Sequence record: ON529851.1
Length of the DNA: 64,000 nucleotides
Direction: 5' to 3' (one strand)
Shown here: piece after piece, positions 1-9,018 of the stretch
Numbering within the stretch: position 1 is the first letter of the stretch
How the letters are laid out: each line of letters begins with the position of its first letter
Position numbers and translations under genes: made by a program
The notes under the pieces: generated by a model
The model's input: the letters and a program-made list of their open reading frames with translations, nothing else
Databases searched by the model: none
Told to the model about the DNA's origin: nothing

Positions 1-279
1 ATATCGTCATCGTCGGGGATCGAGACCACCCCGGCGGCGAGGTCGGGGCGATAGGTCATGCTGTTGATCTGCGGATCGACCAGGCCGGCGAGGGTCCAGG
101 CGAACGGAATCCAGGCGTCGCCCGCCGCCGACTTGAAGGCCATGCGATGCTCAACGCCGGCATTGACGGTCTTGATCAGGTCCTTACCGTGGACGACATG
201 GCGTCCTTCGCTCAACGGGTGTTTCAGGATGAAGCGCTCCACTTCCTGGAGCAGCATCGGGTCAGCCACGTAAGGTCTC

Positions 280-1041
280 CTAGCCGCCGGCAGTCTTGAT
301 CGCTTCAGCGAGGGCGGCGGCCTCGAAGTTCGATAGGTCCGGGCCGAGGCGGTCCTGAATGGAGCGGAGTCCCTCCAGTGTGTCGGCTTGAAGTTGTTTA
401 CGGGCGGCGACTTCAAGAGCGTGGATGCGATCGCGCTCTTCGCGGTCCGTCTTGTCCTGGAGCGCCTTGGCGCGCGCCCGCTCGGCGCTGTCGATCCGCG
501 CCTGTTTCGCCTCGGCGATGATCTGCACCACCGCTGCGGCGTTCGGCAGGCGCCCGGCCTTCAGGAATCGGGGGACGAAAGACGCGATCTGCTCGCGGCT
601 TTTCCACCCCGGCCAGCCGCTGTCCTCGCTGTCGGCCCATTGACCGTGATCCTGGTCGGGCGCGACGTCCCGGCGCCAGGGCGTCAAGGGCGTCAACTTG
701 CCCATGAGGCCGCCGTAGCGTCCCCAGACCGGGAGGTTGTCGCAGTCGGGGTTCGGCGGCGGCGGCTCCCAGGCGTGGATGAAGCTGTCGCTGTAGGTGT
801 GCGTGCAGCCGTTCGGCACCAGGGCGGTGAAGACCCAGGGCTTGCCGACGCCGATCGGGTAGAAGGCGAACCCCACCAGATCGTCGCCGACCGTGATCTC
901 CCACTTGGAGCGCTGCTGCGGCGTCAGTTCCGTCCTAAAGCTGACCCCCAGGTCGGGATCGACCTGGGTGAACACGACCTCAAGGCCGTCGACCGAATAG
1001 GTCTCGACCTTGCGCCGGCGCGGCTTGGCGTCGGCGGTCAA
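280..1041 (-). CDS. hypothetical phage protein
   Basis: 253-aa ORF in a run of minus-strand genes, overlapping the upstream gene by 4 nt; no recognisable motif. Confidence 0.65.
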   Translation of the reverse strand: MTADAKPRRRKVETYSVDGLEVVFTQVDPDLGVSFRTELTPQQRSKWEITVGDDLVGFAFYPIGVGKPWVFTALVPNGCTHTYSDSFIHAWEPPPPNPDCDNLPVWGRYGGLMGKLTPLTPWRRDVAPDQDHGQWADSEDSGWPGWKSREQIASFVPRFLKAGRLPNAAAVVQIIAEAKQARIDSAERARAKALQDKTDREERDRIHALEVAARKQLQADTLEGLRSIQDRLGPDLSNFEAAALAEAIKTAGG

Positions 1042-1265
1042 TCCAGGTCTTTTTCGTAATCGTAGGTCGAGGTCGAGTTGCCCTTGGGATCGACCGAGAA
1101 GCGCTGCGTGCGGTGTTTGCCCGTCGTGCGGTTGATCGTCTCGATCTCAACGACGGCGTTGTCGCCGTCCATGTTGTGGCCCAGGTTGGTCAGCACCCAA
1201 CCGGAGCCGGACGCCCGATTCTTGATCGACTGGATGGCGGTATGTTGGAAGTCGTTCGCGGGCAT
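1038..1265 (-). CDS. hypothetical protein
   Basis: 75-aa ORF coupled to its neighbours. Confidence 0.6.
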   Translation of the reverse strand: MPANDFQHTAIQSIKNRASGSGWVLTNLGHNMDGDNAVVEIETINRTTGKHRTQRFSVDPKGNSTSTYDYEKDLD

Positions 1266-1267
1266 GG

Positions 1268-1321
1268 TCAGAAACTCAGGCAGATGATCAGGAGACAGGT
1301 CAAAAGGGGCAGGGCGCGCAT
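1268..1321 (-). CDS. 17-aa hydrophobic micropeptide MRALPLLTCLLIICLSF (not in the ORF track)
   Basis: Manually translated; GGAGGACCCC-ATG RBS directly downstream of a promoter; stop lies 2 nt before the next ATG. Confidence 0.5.
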   Translation of the reverse strand: MRALPLLTCLLIICLSF

Positions 1322-1349
1322 GGGGTCCTCCATAAAAGTCGTCGGAAGA

Positions 1350-1378
1350 CCCCTACCGCACTGAGTGCCGTTCGTCAA
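1350..1378 (-). promoter_or_regulatory. sigma70-like promoter
   Basis: TTGACG-17 nt-TAGGGG, then a GACGAC leader and GGAGG. Confidence 0.55.
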
Positions 1379-1387
1379 CACACGACG

Positions 1388-2245
1388 TCAGGCGACGCGC
1401 AGGCGCTCCACGAAGGGGGCTTCGAGGGCCATCAGTTCGTCGCGGCGCGCCCGCAGACGCTTGAACTTGTCGCGATAGCCGTCCTGCTTGTCGTATTCCT
1501 TGGCGAGGCAGGCATGATAGAGGCGGTCGGCGAAATCGAACGACAGCTTGTCCAGGACGACTTGCAGGCTGTCCTCGGGGATGTCGAGCAGGAAGCGCAC
1601 CGCACGCACCACCAGGCGGTGGTTCGGTTCCTGGATCAGGTCCAGATACTCGGACGGGGTGGAGATGCCCGACAGGTTCAGCGCGGCCTCGATGTCAGCG
1701 CGTTCGCCGTTATACTTGGCGTAGTAGCAGAAGATGTGCGGATTGATCAGGCCCTGGTCCTTCAGGAAGGCGTCGATCTTGCGCTCGTGGGTGCCGGTGA
1801 TGGTCACGTCGTCGACGAACAGCAGGACCTTATCCTGGATGAAGTCGCGGTTGATGAACAGCTTGTCAGCTTCCAGCAAGGCCTGACGCTGCTCCTTGGG
1901 CAGGAAGGAGTAGTCGGCGATGTAGGACATGGTCCGGTGCATCGTCGTGAACTCGACCATGCGGTGACCCTCACGGGTCAGCAGGTCGTTAAGCCGGTTC
2001 ATGAAGTGCTCGGCCAGGATCGAGGCGGCGATCGGCACGACGTTGAACGCCGAAGGCACGACCACGCAGCGGTCGGTGATCAGCATCCGCCGATGTTTGG
2101 CGTAGAAGGCGTCCGCCATGGCGTGGCCGAACTGGCGCGCCACGAGATCGGAACCGAACTTCAGGCGCGAGTAGTCCAGCGGGTTGAAGGATGCGGTGTC
2201 GAGGCACGAAAACTCGTGGACGACGAACTGGCCTTTGGCGCTCAA
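1388..2245 (-). CDS. type I phosphoribosyltransferase-fold protein
   Basis: PRPP-binding loop VLLFVDDVTITGTHE. Confidence 0.75.
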   Translation of the reverse strand: MSAKGQFVVHEFSCLDTASFNPLDYSRLKFGSDLVARQFGHAMADAFYAKHRRMLITDRCVVVPSAFNVVPIAASILAEHFMNRLNDLLTREGHRMVEFTTMHRTMSYIADYSFLPKEQRQALLEADKLFINRDFIQDKVLLFVDDVTITGTHERKIDAFLKDQGLINPHIFCYYAKYNGERADIEAALNLSGISTPSEYLDLIQEPNHRLVVRAVRFLLDIPEDSLQVVLDKLSFDFADRLYHACLAKEYDKQDGYRDKFKRLRARRDELMALEAPFVERLRVA

Positions 2246-2904
2246 GCGATCAATCCTTTCAGCAGGGGCGCAAGGCCCTCGGGGTTGGGGGTGTGGGCGA
2301 AGCGGATGCCGTGGGCCTCACAACCGCCGTCGCAGATTTCGTTGTCGCCGACGTGAACGATTTCCGTCGGATAGATGTCGATCGCCGAGGCCTTGGTCTT
2401 GACGATGCGCCAGAACTCAGGGTGCGGCTTGGACACCGCGTGGACGTCCGAGAAGACCTTGAAGGCGAAGGGCACGTCCAGCCGGGCCAGGGCGGCCTCA
2501 TACAGCACGCGGCCCCGGATGAAGTTGGTGTTGGAGCCGATCGACACCTGCACGCCGGCCGCATGGACCGCTTGCAGGGCTTCAACCACGTCGGGACGGA
2601 TCAGGGGCGGATGGGCGCGGAAGGCCTCCTCCAGGCGACGCTGCAAGGCCCAAGGGATGATGTCCCCGGTCGGGTCGATCGCCAGGGCGAACTTCTTGTA
2701 GGTCGCTTCGCTGGTCAACCCCTCGCCGCGTTCCTCGGCGGCGCGATCAGCGCCGTCCTTGTGCTCGCGATAGACCGCCTTGATCTGAGCCAGATCGAGC
2801 GGGAGGTCGCGGAACACCGCGTCGCGGGCGGTCGAATAGGCGGGGTTGGCGCTGATGATCGTGTTCCACACGTCCAGCGAGATGAGGCGGGGGTTGGCCG
2901 TCAT
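2242..2904 (-). CDS. HAD-superfamily hydrolase
   Basis: Motif I LISLDVWNT, motif III SKPHPEFW, motif IV HVGDNEICDGG; start reassigned to ATG 2904. Confidence 0.8.
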   Translation of the reverse strand: MTANPRLISLDVWNTIISANPAYSTARDAVFRDLPLDLAQIKAVYREHKDGADRAAEERGEGLTSEATYKKFALAIDPTGDIIPWALQRRLEEAFRAHPPLIRPDVVEALQAVHAAGVQVSIGSNTNFIRGRVLYEAALARLDVPFAFKVFSDVHAVSKPHPEFWRIVKTKASAIDIYPTEIVHVGDNEICDGGCEAHGIRFAHTPNPEGLAPLLKGLIA

Positions 2905-3188
2905 GGGTGCAGGGTCCTTTCGTAGGCTTGTCCAATGCCGCGCATGGCGGCAGTGTCTTCCAGGGTGGCGACACGCTCGTTCAGGTGGGCGATCATCTCG
3001 TAGACGTCGGCCAGGGTGTGCGCGTGCATCGTGGTGGGTTCGTTGGGGCGCCGGCGGAGGTCTCCCGCCACCCGGCGGGCCTCTTGCGCCATCAGGCGCG
3101 GGTGGGCGTGCGGCGTCGGGCAGGGGCGCGGCGGCAGGTTGTGGCGATCGCGCCAACGCCCCAGCCAGCGCTTCAGCAGCGCCTTCAA
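2901..3188 (-). CDS. hypothetical protein
   Basis: GGAG RBS plus TTG start overlapping the upstream stop; 3' part of track ORF 2901..3431. Confidence 0.5.
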   Translation of the reverse strand: MKALLKRWLGRWRDRHNLPPRPCPTPHAHPRLMAQEARRVAGDLRRRPNEPTTMHAHTLADVYEMIAHLNERVATLEDTAAMRGIGQAYERTLHP

Positions 3189-3499
3189 GACGGGTTCTCC
3201 AGCGCGTAGATCAGATTTTCCAGGGCGCTCTTTCGCGTCTCGGCATAGCCCCGGATGGTCCGCCCCGGCGCGTCGGTCCGCCAGCGCGGGGAGTACCAGC
3301 GCTTGGAGACAATGCGCGATCCCTTCGGCTTGATGTCGAAGCAGACCATGTCCTGGTAGACCCGGCCGATGACTTCGCCGTCGGGCGAGGCGACCGCGTA
3401 AGATTTCAGCACACGCGGTTCGCGGTTCCACTTGCCCCAGACGGCGGTGCGTTCCCGCTCTGGCTGGCGGACCAGGGTCAGGGTCGTGAGATCAATCAA
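3185..3499 (-). CDS. hypothetical protein
   Basis: GGAG RBS plus TTG start; coupled to neighbours. Confidence 0.5.
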   Translation of the reverse strand: MIDLTTLTLVRQPERERTAVWGKWNREPRVLKSYAVASPDGEVIGRVYQDMVCFDIKPKGSRIVSKRWYSPRWRTDAPGRTIRGYAETRKSALENLIYALENPS

Positions 3500-3794
3500 C
3501 GTCGTCTCCTTCGGAGCGGGGCGCCATCGCGCGCCGGCATAGCGCCGCGACCGCGCGGCCGTCATAGGTGGAACGGTAGCCGTAAACGCCGCGCTCGACG
3601 TCGCCGTGGACCAGACCGTGTTCGAGTAGTTCTTCGAAGATGCGCGCCTGACGCTTGTTCTGCGGCGCCAGGAGGATCGGCTTGTTCATCAGGATGGCGC
3701 TGAAGTAGTCCTGGGCGCAGATGTAGGCGGCTTCGTCGGACAGGGCGTTGGCGGTATCGACCAGTCGGTGCAGTCGAACGTCTTCAGGCGCCAT
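3492..3794 (-). CDS. hypothetical protein
   Basis: ATG 3794 (MAPEDVRL) overlapping the upstream gene end. Confidence 0.5.
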   Translation of the reverse strand: MAPEDVRLHRLVDTANALSDEAAYICAQDYFSAILMNKPILLAPQNKRQARIFEELLEHGLVHGDVERGVYGYRSTYDGRAVAALCRRAMAPRSEGDDVD

Positions 3795-4248
3795 CGGCCA
3801 ACCCGTCGAAGGTGCAGTCGCTGCATTCGTTTTCAGGCAGCGTGCCGCCGCAGAGTTCGCACTGATCAACCGTCGGCTCCGGCGCCTGGGCGGCCTTGAT
3901 CTCCAGGGCGCGCTTGCGGCTCTTCTTCAGCAGGGTCTGCACCGCCGCCATGAACTCGGCCTCGGTCGTCGGCATGGGCACCGAGGCGCCCAGGCTGTTG
4001 GCCCAGCGGTCGAAATAGCCGTCGCAGATGTCCATGCGGTTGATGTGCGGCAGGACGCGGAAGAAGCGGCGGTCGTCGGCGCAGTCCTGGATATAGGCGG
4101 TGCGGCGCGACGAGGCGTAGAAATAGCGCATCCGACGCCAGTCCTTGGCGTAGCGGCGCGAGCACAGGTAGATGCCGGCCTTCTGCGCCCAGTGCCGCGT
4201 GGACTTGGGGATCGGGCGGGTCGGGTCTTCTTCAGCGATAATGGTCAT
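3784..4248 (-). CDS. hypothetical protein with C-terminal CxxC..CxxC
   Basis: 154 aa; CELCG..CSDC; GGAGG RBS; ATGA overlap. Confidence 0.65.
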   Translation of the reverse strand: MTIIAEEDPTRPIPKSTRHWAQKAGIYLCSRRYAKDWRRMRYFYASSRRTAYIQDCADDRRFFRVLPHINRMDICDGYFDRWANSLGASVPMPTTEAEFMAAVQTLLKKSRKRALEIKAAQAPEPTVDQCELCGGTLPENECSDCTFDGLADGA

Positions 4249-4604
4249 GCGGCCTCCGGCGGTTCGGGGAGAATGAGGTAGGTCACGCCTTCCGGGTTGA
4301 ACTTGAACAAGTTCCTCATGTCCATGTGTATCTTGAGGGCATCCGCCCTGGCTTTTTCTTCATCGTCGTAGAGGCGGCCGTTCGTCACAAACCCTCCAAA
4401 CTCGGTTTCCCAGTAGAAAATCTGATAACCGACACAGTTATCATCCAGCGCCGGGATTAGATCGTCAGGGTCCTCATCGTCCCACACGGGGACAACGAAG
4501 GCGAAATTGTGGAATGTGGGGATCATGTGCGGGCGCGTACCCCCTTGCGCCCACGGATGATGGAGGTCAGGACGGTGCGGGTCTTCTTCAGCGATCAGGG
4601 TCAT
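4245..4604 (-). CDS. hypothetical protein sharing its N-terminus with the downstream gene
   Basis: 119 aa; starts MTLIAEEDPHRP versus MTIIAEEDPTRP; ATGA overlaps. Confidence 0.6.
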   Translation of the reverse strand: MTLIAEEDPHRPDLHHPWAQGGTRPHMIPTFHNFAFVVPVWDDEDPDDLIPALDDNCVGYQIFYWETEFGGFVTNGRLYDDEEKARADALKIHMDMRNLFKFNPEGVTYLILPEPPEAA

Positions 4605-5116
4605 CGGCCCAACTTCTCCGTCAATCGTTTCAGTTCCGCCTCGTCGATCGCGCGTTGTCGCACTTCGGCGGCTTCCGCGTCGGCGATCGCCTTGGCGGCG
4701 GCCCGCGCGGCGGCCTCGGCGCGATCCGCCATCAGGGTTTTCATGCGGTCGGTATAGGCCAGGACGGTCGGCGAAAAGTCACGGATCGTGACGACCTCGC
4801 AGATGTCGCCGAAGTTGACCGAGACGTATTCGCCGTATTTGTTCTTGGCGTGCGACGTGTCGTGGTCGTCGTAATAGGCCGCCATATGCTCATAGAGCCC
4901 TTCAAGGGTCCCCGCCGACAGGGTCTCGTGATCATCAACGGTGACCATATAGTTGTCCTGGTCGCGCTCGTGGGTGATGTTCGAGGCCTGGACCTGGAAG
5001 CGCCGTCCGGTGTCGCCCTTCGCGGTGATCGATTCGACCCCATAGGACGAATAGAAGTCGGCGATCGCCTGGGTCAGACTGATGCCCGGAACGGGCGGCT
5101 CGATGATGATGGTCAT
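4601..5116 (-). CDS. hypothetical protein
   Basis: 171 aa; RBS; coupled. Confidence 0.65.
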   Translation of the reverse strand: MTIIIEPPVPGISLTQAIADFYSSYGVESITAKGDTGRRFQVQASNITHERDQDNYMVTVDDHETLSAGTLEGLYEHMAAYYDDHDTSHAKNKYGEYVSVNFGDICEVVTIRDFSPTVLAYTDRMKTLMADRAEAAARAAAKAIADAEAAEVRQRAIDEAELKRLTEKLGR

Positions 5117-5394
5117 TTGACCCTCCCTTCGTCGATGTCGGCCTGGGAGACCCAGAACTGCGGGTAAGAGAACATGGCGCTGACGTCGCGTCCGAACAGG
5201 GCGCCCGGCGGCGGGCCGAGTTCGCGTAGGACCCGCTCGCCGTCAAAATCGATCACGTCATAGAGTTTGGCGAACGGCAGCGGGCCTTCACGTCCCGTCT
5301 GGAGCCCGAAGGTCGCAGGCGGCGTGATGATCTTGCCCAGTTCGCAGACGAGGTTGTCGCCAAAGGCGACGCGCAGGATACGGCCCTGGTTCAT
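5113..5394 (-). CDS. hypothetical protein
   Basis: 93 aa; GAGGAGG RBS. Confidence 0.6.
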   Translation of the reverse strand: MNQGRILRVAFGDNLVCELGKIITPPATFGLQTGREGPLPFAKLYDVIDFDGERVLRELGPPPGALFGRDVSAMFSYPQFWVSQADIDEGRVK

Positions 5395-5573
5395 GCGGCG
5401 CCCTCCTCAATGAGTTCGACGGACTGGACGTAGTTGTGCCCCTCGATCTCCTTGATGATGTCTTCGGGCCGCGACCAGTAGGCGTCAGGGTCGGGGTTCA
5501 GCAGCACGCGCACCTTCAGTTCGATGATGGTGTCCGTGGGCTGGGGCTTGTAGCGGAACCGGTTGCCCATCAC
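5391..5573 (-). CDS. hypothetical protein
   Basis: 60 aa; coupled to neighbours. Confidence 0.55.
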   Translation of the reverse strand: MMGNRFRYKPQPTDTIIELKVRVLLNPDPDAYWSRPEDIIKEIEGHNYVQSVELIEEGAA

Positions 5574-6250
5574 GCGGCTCCAGCGACGACGATACGGTCG
5601 AAGCGGGTCACCTCGACCAGGCTCCAGGACGGATCAAGGGCTTGCAGTTCGGCGTGCTCTTGGCGGGCGACGTCGAGGTCGACGTAGTCTGACCGATTGC
5701 CCGACGCGTGCACGACCTCCCAGTAGACCTCCTTCTCGGCGTCCTTGGGATCATGGGCGGTGCCGCCGTAGGCCAGGCGGTCGTAGACCTCCTTGATCTG
5801 GTCCATGTCCTCCAGCTTGGTCTCCATGTAGGCCATGGGGATCATGGCGAACTGGCGCTGATCGATCGGCGTCAGGGCGCTCCACAGATAACCCAGGACC
5901 GGGAAGGCGTCGGCGACATAGTCCATGATGGCGGTGATGCGCTGCTGCCCGTCCAGGAGCAGGCCGTCGTAGGGACTGTCGAGGCCGCCCACGCGGTTGA
6001 CGATGTAGGCGCCCAGAGGCAGGCGCTGCCAGATCGATTCGATGAACCGCACCTTCTGCTCGGTCGTCCAGACCGGAGGGCGCTGGAAATCGGGCAGGAT
6101 GAAGTTGCCCAGCTTGCGCTCGCCGGCGCGCAGCGGGCGATCCCACATGGCGTCGGGGCGGTAGATGCTCACCAGGGTGCCCGAGGTGTTGCTGGCGCGG
6201 AACCACGGGCTTGGCATCTTGCAGCCTTCGGGGATGGCGGTCTTGGGCAT
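5570..6250 (-). CDS. stand-alone DUF262 (ParB-like, GmrS-type) domain protein
   Basis: LPDFQRPPVWT..FIESI..LP.G and LLDGQQRITAI motifs; ATG 6250 with GGAGG RBS. Confidence 0.8.
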   Translation of the reverse strand: MPKTAIPEGCKMPSPWFRASNTSGTLVSIYRPDAMWDRPLRAGERKLGNFILPDFQRPPVWTTEQKVRFIESIWQRLPLGAYIVNRVGGLDSPYDGLLLDGQQRITAIMDYVADAFPVLGYLWSALTPIDQRQFAMIPMAYMETKLEDMDQIKEVYDRLAYGGTAHDPKDAEKEVYWEVVHASGNRSDYVDLDVARQEHAELQALDPSWSLVEVTRFDRIVVAGAA

Positions 6251-6280
6251 GGGGTCCTCCAGGTCGTCGTTGATTGGGTG

Positions 6281-6307
6281 TGTAAAGGAATGATCTGCGG
6301 AGATCAA
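6281..6307 (-). promoter_or_regulatory. promoter with TTCCTTTACA box (copy 1)
   Basis: TTGATC-N11-TTCCTTTACA upstream of the DUF262 gene. Confidence 0.7.
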
Positions 6308-6309
6308 GC

Positions 6310-6873
6310 CTAGTTCAGCACCTTCTCCACAAAAACTGCGAAGGCTTCATGCGCAGACGCGAAGTCGCGCGAGGTGAGGTCGTCGGACAGGTCCAGCCCC
6401 AGGCGATCGCCTTCCCACAGGATGCGCCAGGTGCCCGGCGTGGCGGTGCGCACGCCCTTCTCGTCCTCGGTGAACGCGGCGCGCAGCCGGGCGACCCGGC
6501 CCGACTTGACCCGATCATAGACGCCGGCGGTGTAATCAATGTCGTAGGCGTCGGCGTCGCGCTTGCGAATCGAGAGGGAGTCCAGGCGGGTCATGCGCGG
6601 CGCGGCCGGGCGGCTGATCTCGCCGTAGGGATTGTCGGTCTCGATGACGCGCACGCCGAAGGATTCCCAGCGCAGGGTGTGCGGCGCGTGGCGATCCGAC
6701 GAGGTCAGGGTGATGTGGACCGTCTTGTTCAGTTGCGATCGGTCCGTGTGAGGGTTCGCCATGATGTTGATCAGGGCCTGGTCGTCGACCGTCGCCGCCG
6801 TGGCGCTGTCATAACGCAGCATGTCCATGGGGAACTCGGCGCTGTAGCGCAGTTCAACCGTAAAGGTGTGCAT
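6310..6873 (-). CDS. hypothetical protein
   Basis: ATG 6873 with GAGGAGG RBS, downstream of box promoter. Confidence 0.7.
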   Translation of the reverse strand: MHTFTVELRYSAEFPMDMLRYDSATAATVDDQALINIMANPHTDRSQLNKTVHITLTSSDRHAPHTLRWESFGVRVIETDNPYGEISRPAAPRMTRLDSLSIRKRDADAYDIDYTAGVYDRVKSGRVARLRAAFTEDEKGVRTATPGTWRILWEGDRLGLDLSDDLTSRDFASAHEAFAVFVEKVLN

Positions 6874-6903
6874 GGGGTCCTCCTCTTGCGTCGTCCAGGC
6901 GGC

Positions 6904-6930
6904 TGTAAAGGAACCCAATGCGTCTGTCAA
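6904..6930 (-). promoter_or_regulatory. promoter with TTCCTTTACA box (copy 2)
   Basis: TTGACA-N11-TTCCTTTACA. Confidence 0.75.
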
Positions 6931-6942
6931 CGGACGCGGTCA

Positions 6943-7275
6943 TTATTTCCGGCGGCGGAACTCGCGCACCTGGACAGCCTTGGCCTCGAAATAGACGTCG
7001 GGTCCACCGGATTTCAACGGCTTTTCGACGAAGGTGCGGGTCTTGGTGTCCTGCATCAGGCGCAGGTGCCCGCTGCGGGTCAAGACGTCCAGGTGCCGCT
7101 CGGCGGCGCGGTCGCCTTCAAAGCGGTAGCGATCGTCGTAGTAGGTCTCTTCGCCGCCGCGTCGAGGTCGCGCCACGGGCTTGATGTGGTAGATCGCGGT
7201 GACGGCGAAGGTGTCGCCGACGGCAGGAGCGACCTTCTTCAGATAGGCGCGATTGGCGCGGGTCAGGAGGGTCAT
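6943..7275 (-). CDS. hypothetical protein
   Basis: 110 aa; ATGA overlap. Confidence 0.6.
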   Translation of the reverse strand: MTLLTRANRAYLKKVAPAVGDTFAVTAIYHIKPVARPRRGGEETYYDDRYRFEGDRAAERHLDVLTRSGHLRLMQDTKTRTFVEKPLKSGGPDVYFEAKAVQVREFRRRK

Positions 7276-7646
7276 GCGCTGCGCCCCTTCATCATAGAGG
7301 AGACCCAGCGTTTAAACACCATGAGATCACGATCAAGGCGCGGTTTGCGCCAGGGCGGCAGGGCGAGCGGCACCACCGAGGTGGGGTAACGCACGCCGGT
7401 GTAGAGTTTGTCCACGACTTCCTGCATCAGGCGCTTCATCTCAACATCGGAGATGCGCGAAACTTCTGCCCATGGAATTTCGCCGTAGGGGGTCACCACC
7501 TTGACGTCGCTGTAGTCACCCGTCTTGCTGGAGGGCGTAATGCCGGCGTGTAGGTCTTCCAGGAAAGTGTTGCGCACGCAGGTGTGCGCCAGGCAGATGG
7601 CCTGAAATTGTTCTGGGTTCAGCGTCTCCGGGTCGAGCGGTCTCAT
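7272..7646 (-). CDS. hypothetical protein
   Basis: ATG 7646 (MRPLDPE) with GGAGG RBS. Confidence 0.6.
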   Translation of the reverse strand: MRPLDPETLNPEQFQAICLAHTCVRNTFLEDLHAGITPSSKTGDYSDVKVVTPYGEIPWAEVSRISDVEMKRLMQEVVDKLYTGVRYPTSVVPLALPPWRKPRLDRDLMVFKRWVSSMMKGRSA

Positions 7647-7942
7647 GACACCTCCAGGGCTTTGACTTTTGTGACGACGCCGGGCGCCAGGACCATCAGG
7701 GCCTTGGCGCCGCACGGCAGGATGCCGGCCGGGTCATAGACGAACCGGCCGACGTAGACGCCGGTCTCGGTCCACAGTTCGATCTCGTGGCCGTACTCGG
7801 GGTCGATTGAGGACCGCCCGCGCGAAAGCTTCAGCGGCGGATCGTTCTTCTCGTGCTTGCGATTCGAATCGATCGTCCCCCGATTGACGTGGATCGTTCG
7901 GTCCTGGGGCGAGATCGGCGCGATGGCGCTCATCTTGGACAA
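7643..7942 (-). CDS. hypothetical protein
   Basis: 99 aa; coupled. Confidence 0.6.
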   Translation of the reverse strand: MSKMSAIAPISPQDRTIHVNRGTIDSNRKHEKNDPPLKLSRGRSSIDPEYGHEIELWTETGVYVGRFVYDPAGILPCGAKALMVLAPGVVTKVKALEVS

Positions 7943-7951
7943 GCGGAACTC

Positions 7952-8767
7952 CTAATACTTGATTTTCGAGCCGTCGTTGAGGGTGAAGGTGCGCTCGACC
8001 TTCGTGCCCAGTTGGACGTCATTGCGGGGACGATAGGGATGCTCGTAGGCGGCGCCGCCCGATTCCAGCAAGGGCAGTTCCCGCGCCGCGCGTCGCCCGT
8101 AGACGGCGGCGCACTTATCGCCGCAGAAATCCGCGTCGATGTAGGACTCTCCGTCCCAGGTCTCGAACCACTGGACATACCCCGCGCGTTTGCGATCGGT
8201 GTCGCCGTAGTCGTGGATCGCCACCACCCGGCGATTGGTCAGCCGCTGGCAGTCTTCCAGAGTGCGCGGATGGTTCGGCTCGATCGTGTGCTCGTAGCGA
8301 TGGTGATCCGTGCTCAACCGCAGGGGTTTGGCGCACTGCCGGCAGGTCTGAACCTCCCCGGTCAGGTCCGCCTCCCAGTTGATGGTGACTTTGGCGTAGG
8401 CCGCCTTGTGCATGGCGCGCGCCTTCATGCGCGTCGGCGGCAGGGGCTTACCACCGCCGTCGAGCAGCACCGTCAGGTTCTTGCGCCAGGCATGCGTCAA
8501 CGCCGCGCCGACGCCGACGCCATAGAGCGTGTCGACCTGGGCTTCAGCCGCTTCAAACTTGGCGATCGTCGGGCGCTCATAGAACAGCTTCTTCAAGCCA
8601 TGCCAGGAAGCGTGCTCGTCCCGGTTCCAGTAGTTGCAGCCCAGGCCGTTGAAGACCACCGCCGTGGGCGAGCGCATCATGATTCGCACGTCCGAACCCG
8701 GAAAGATCGAACCCGCCACCTGCGGGTGCGCCTTCTCGATGGGGACGAAGACAATCTCGGGCGTCAT
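7952..8767 (-). CDS. hypothetical protein with putative Zn-binding Cys pairs
   Basis: ATG 8767 (MTPEIVF); CRQC and CGDKC. Confidence 0.65.
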   Translation of the reverse strand: MTPEIVFVPIEKAHPQVAGSIFPGSDVRIMMRSPTAVVFNGLGCNYWNRDEHASWHGLKKLFYERPTIAKFEAAEAQVDTLYGVGVGAALTHAWRKNLTVLLDGGGKPLPPTRMKARAMHKAAYAKVTINWEADLTGEVQTCRQCAKPLRLSTDHHRYEHTIEPNHPRTLEDCQRLTNRRVVAIHDYGDTDRKRAGYVQWFETWDGESYIDADFCGDKCAAVYGRRAARELPLLESGGAAYEHPYRPRNDVQLGTKVERTFTLNDGSKIKY

Positions 8768-9018
8768 GCGCAGCGCACCATGCCGTGCGGGGTCTGGCCC
8801 CATTCCAGCCAGGCGATGACCACCGCCTCCTGCATGAGGGCGGGGTCGCTGACCTCGACCGAACGCACGCCGGCTTCGGTCATGAACAGCTTGGCGGTCG
8901 CCGCCCACGGGACCTGCGTCTGGGTGACAGGATTGAAGGCCCGCCCCTTGAAGGTCTGGATGCCGACCAGCTTGCGGGTCTTGGCGTCGCGGCGCCGGGC
9001 GAGGAAGGCGCGCAGCAT
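8764..9018 (-). CDS. hypothetical protein
   Basis: 84 aa; start overlaps upstream stop. Confidence 0.55.
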   Translation of the reverse strand: MLRAFLARRRDAKTRKLVGIQTFKGRAFNPVTQTQVPWAATAKLFMTEAGVRSVEVSDPALMQEAVVIAWLEWGQTPHGMVRCA

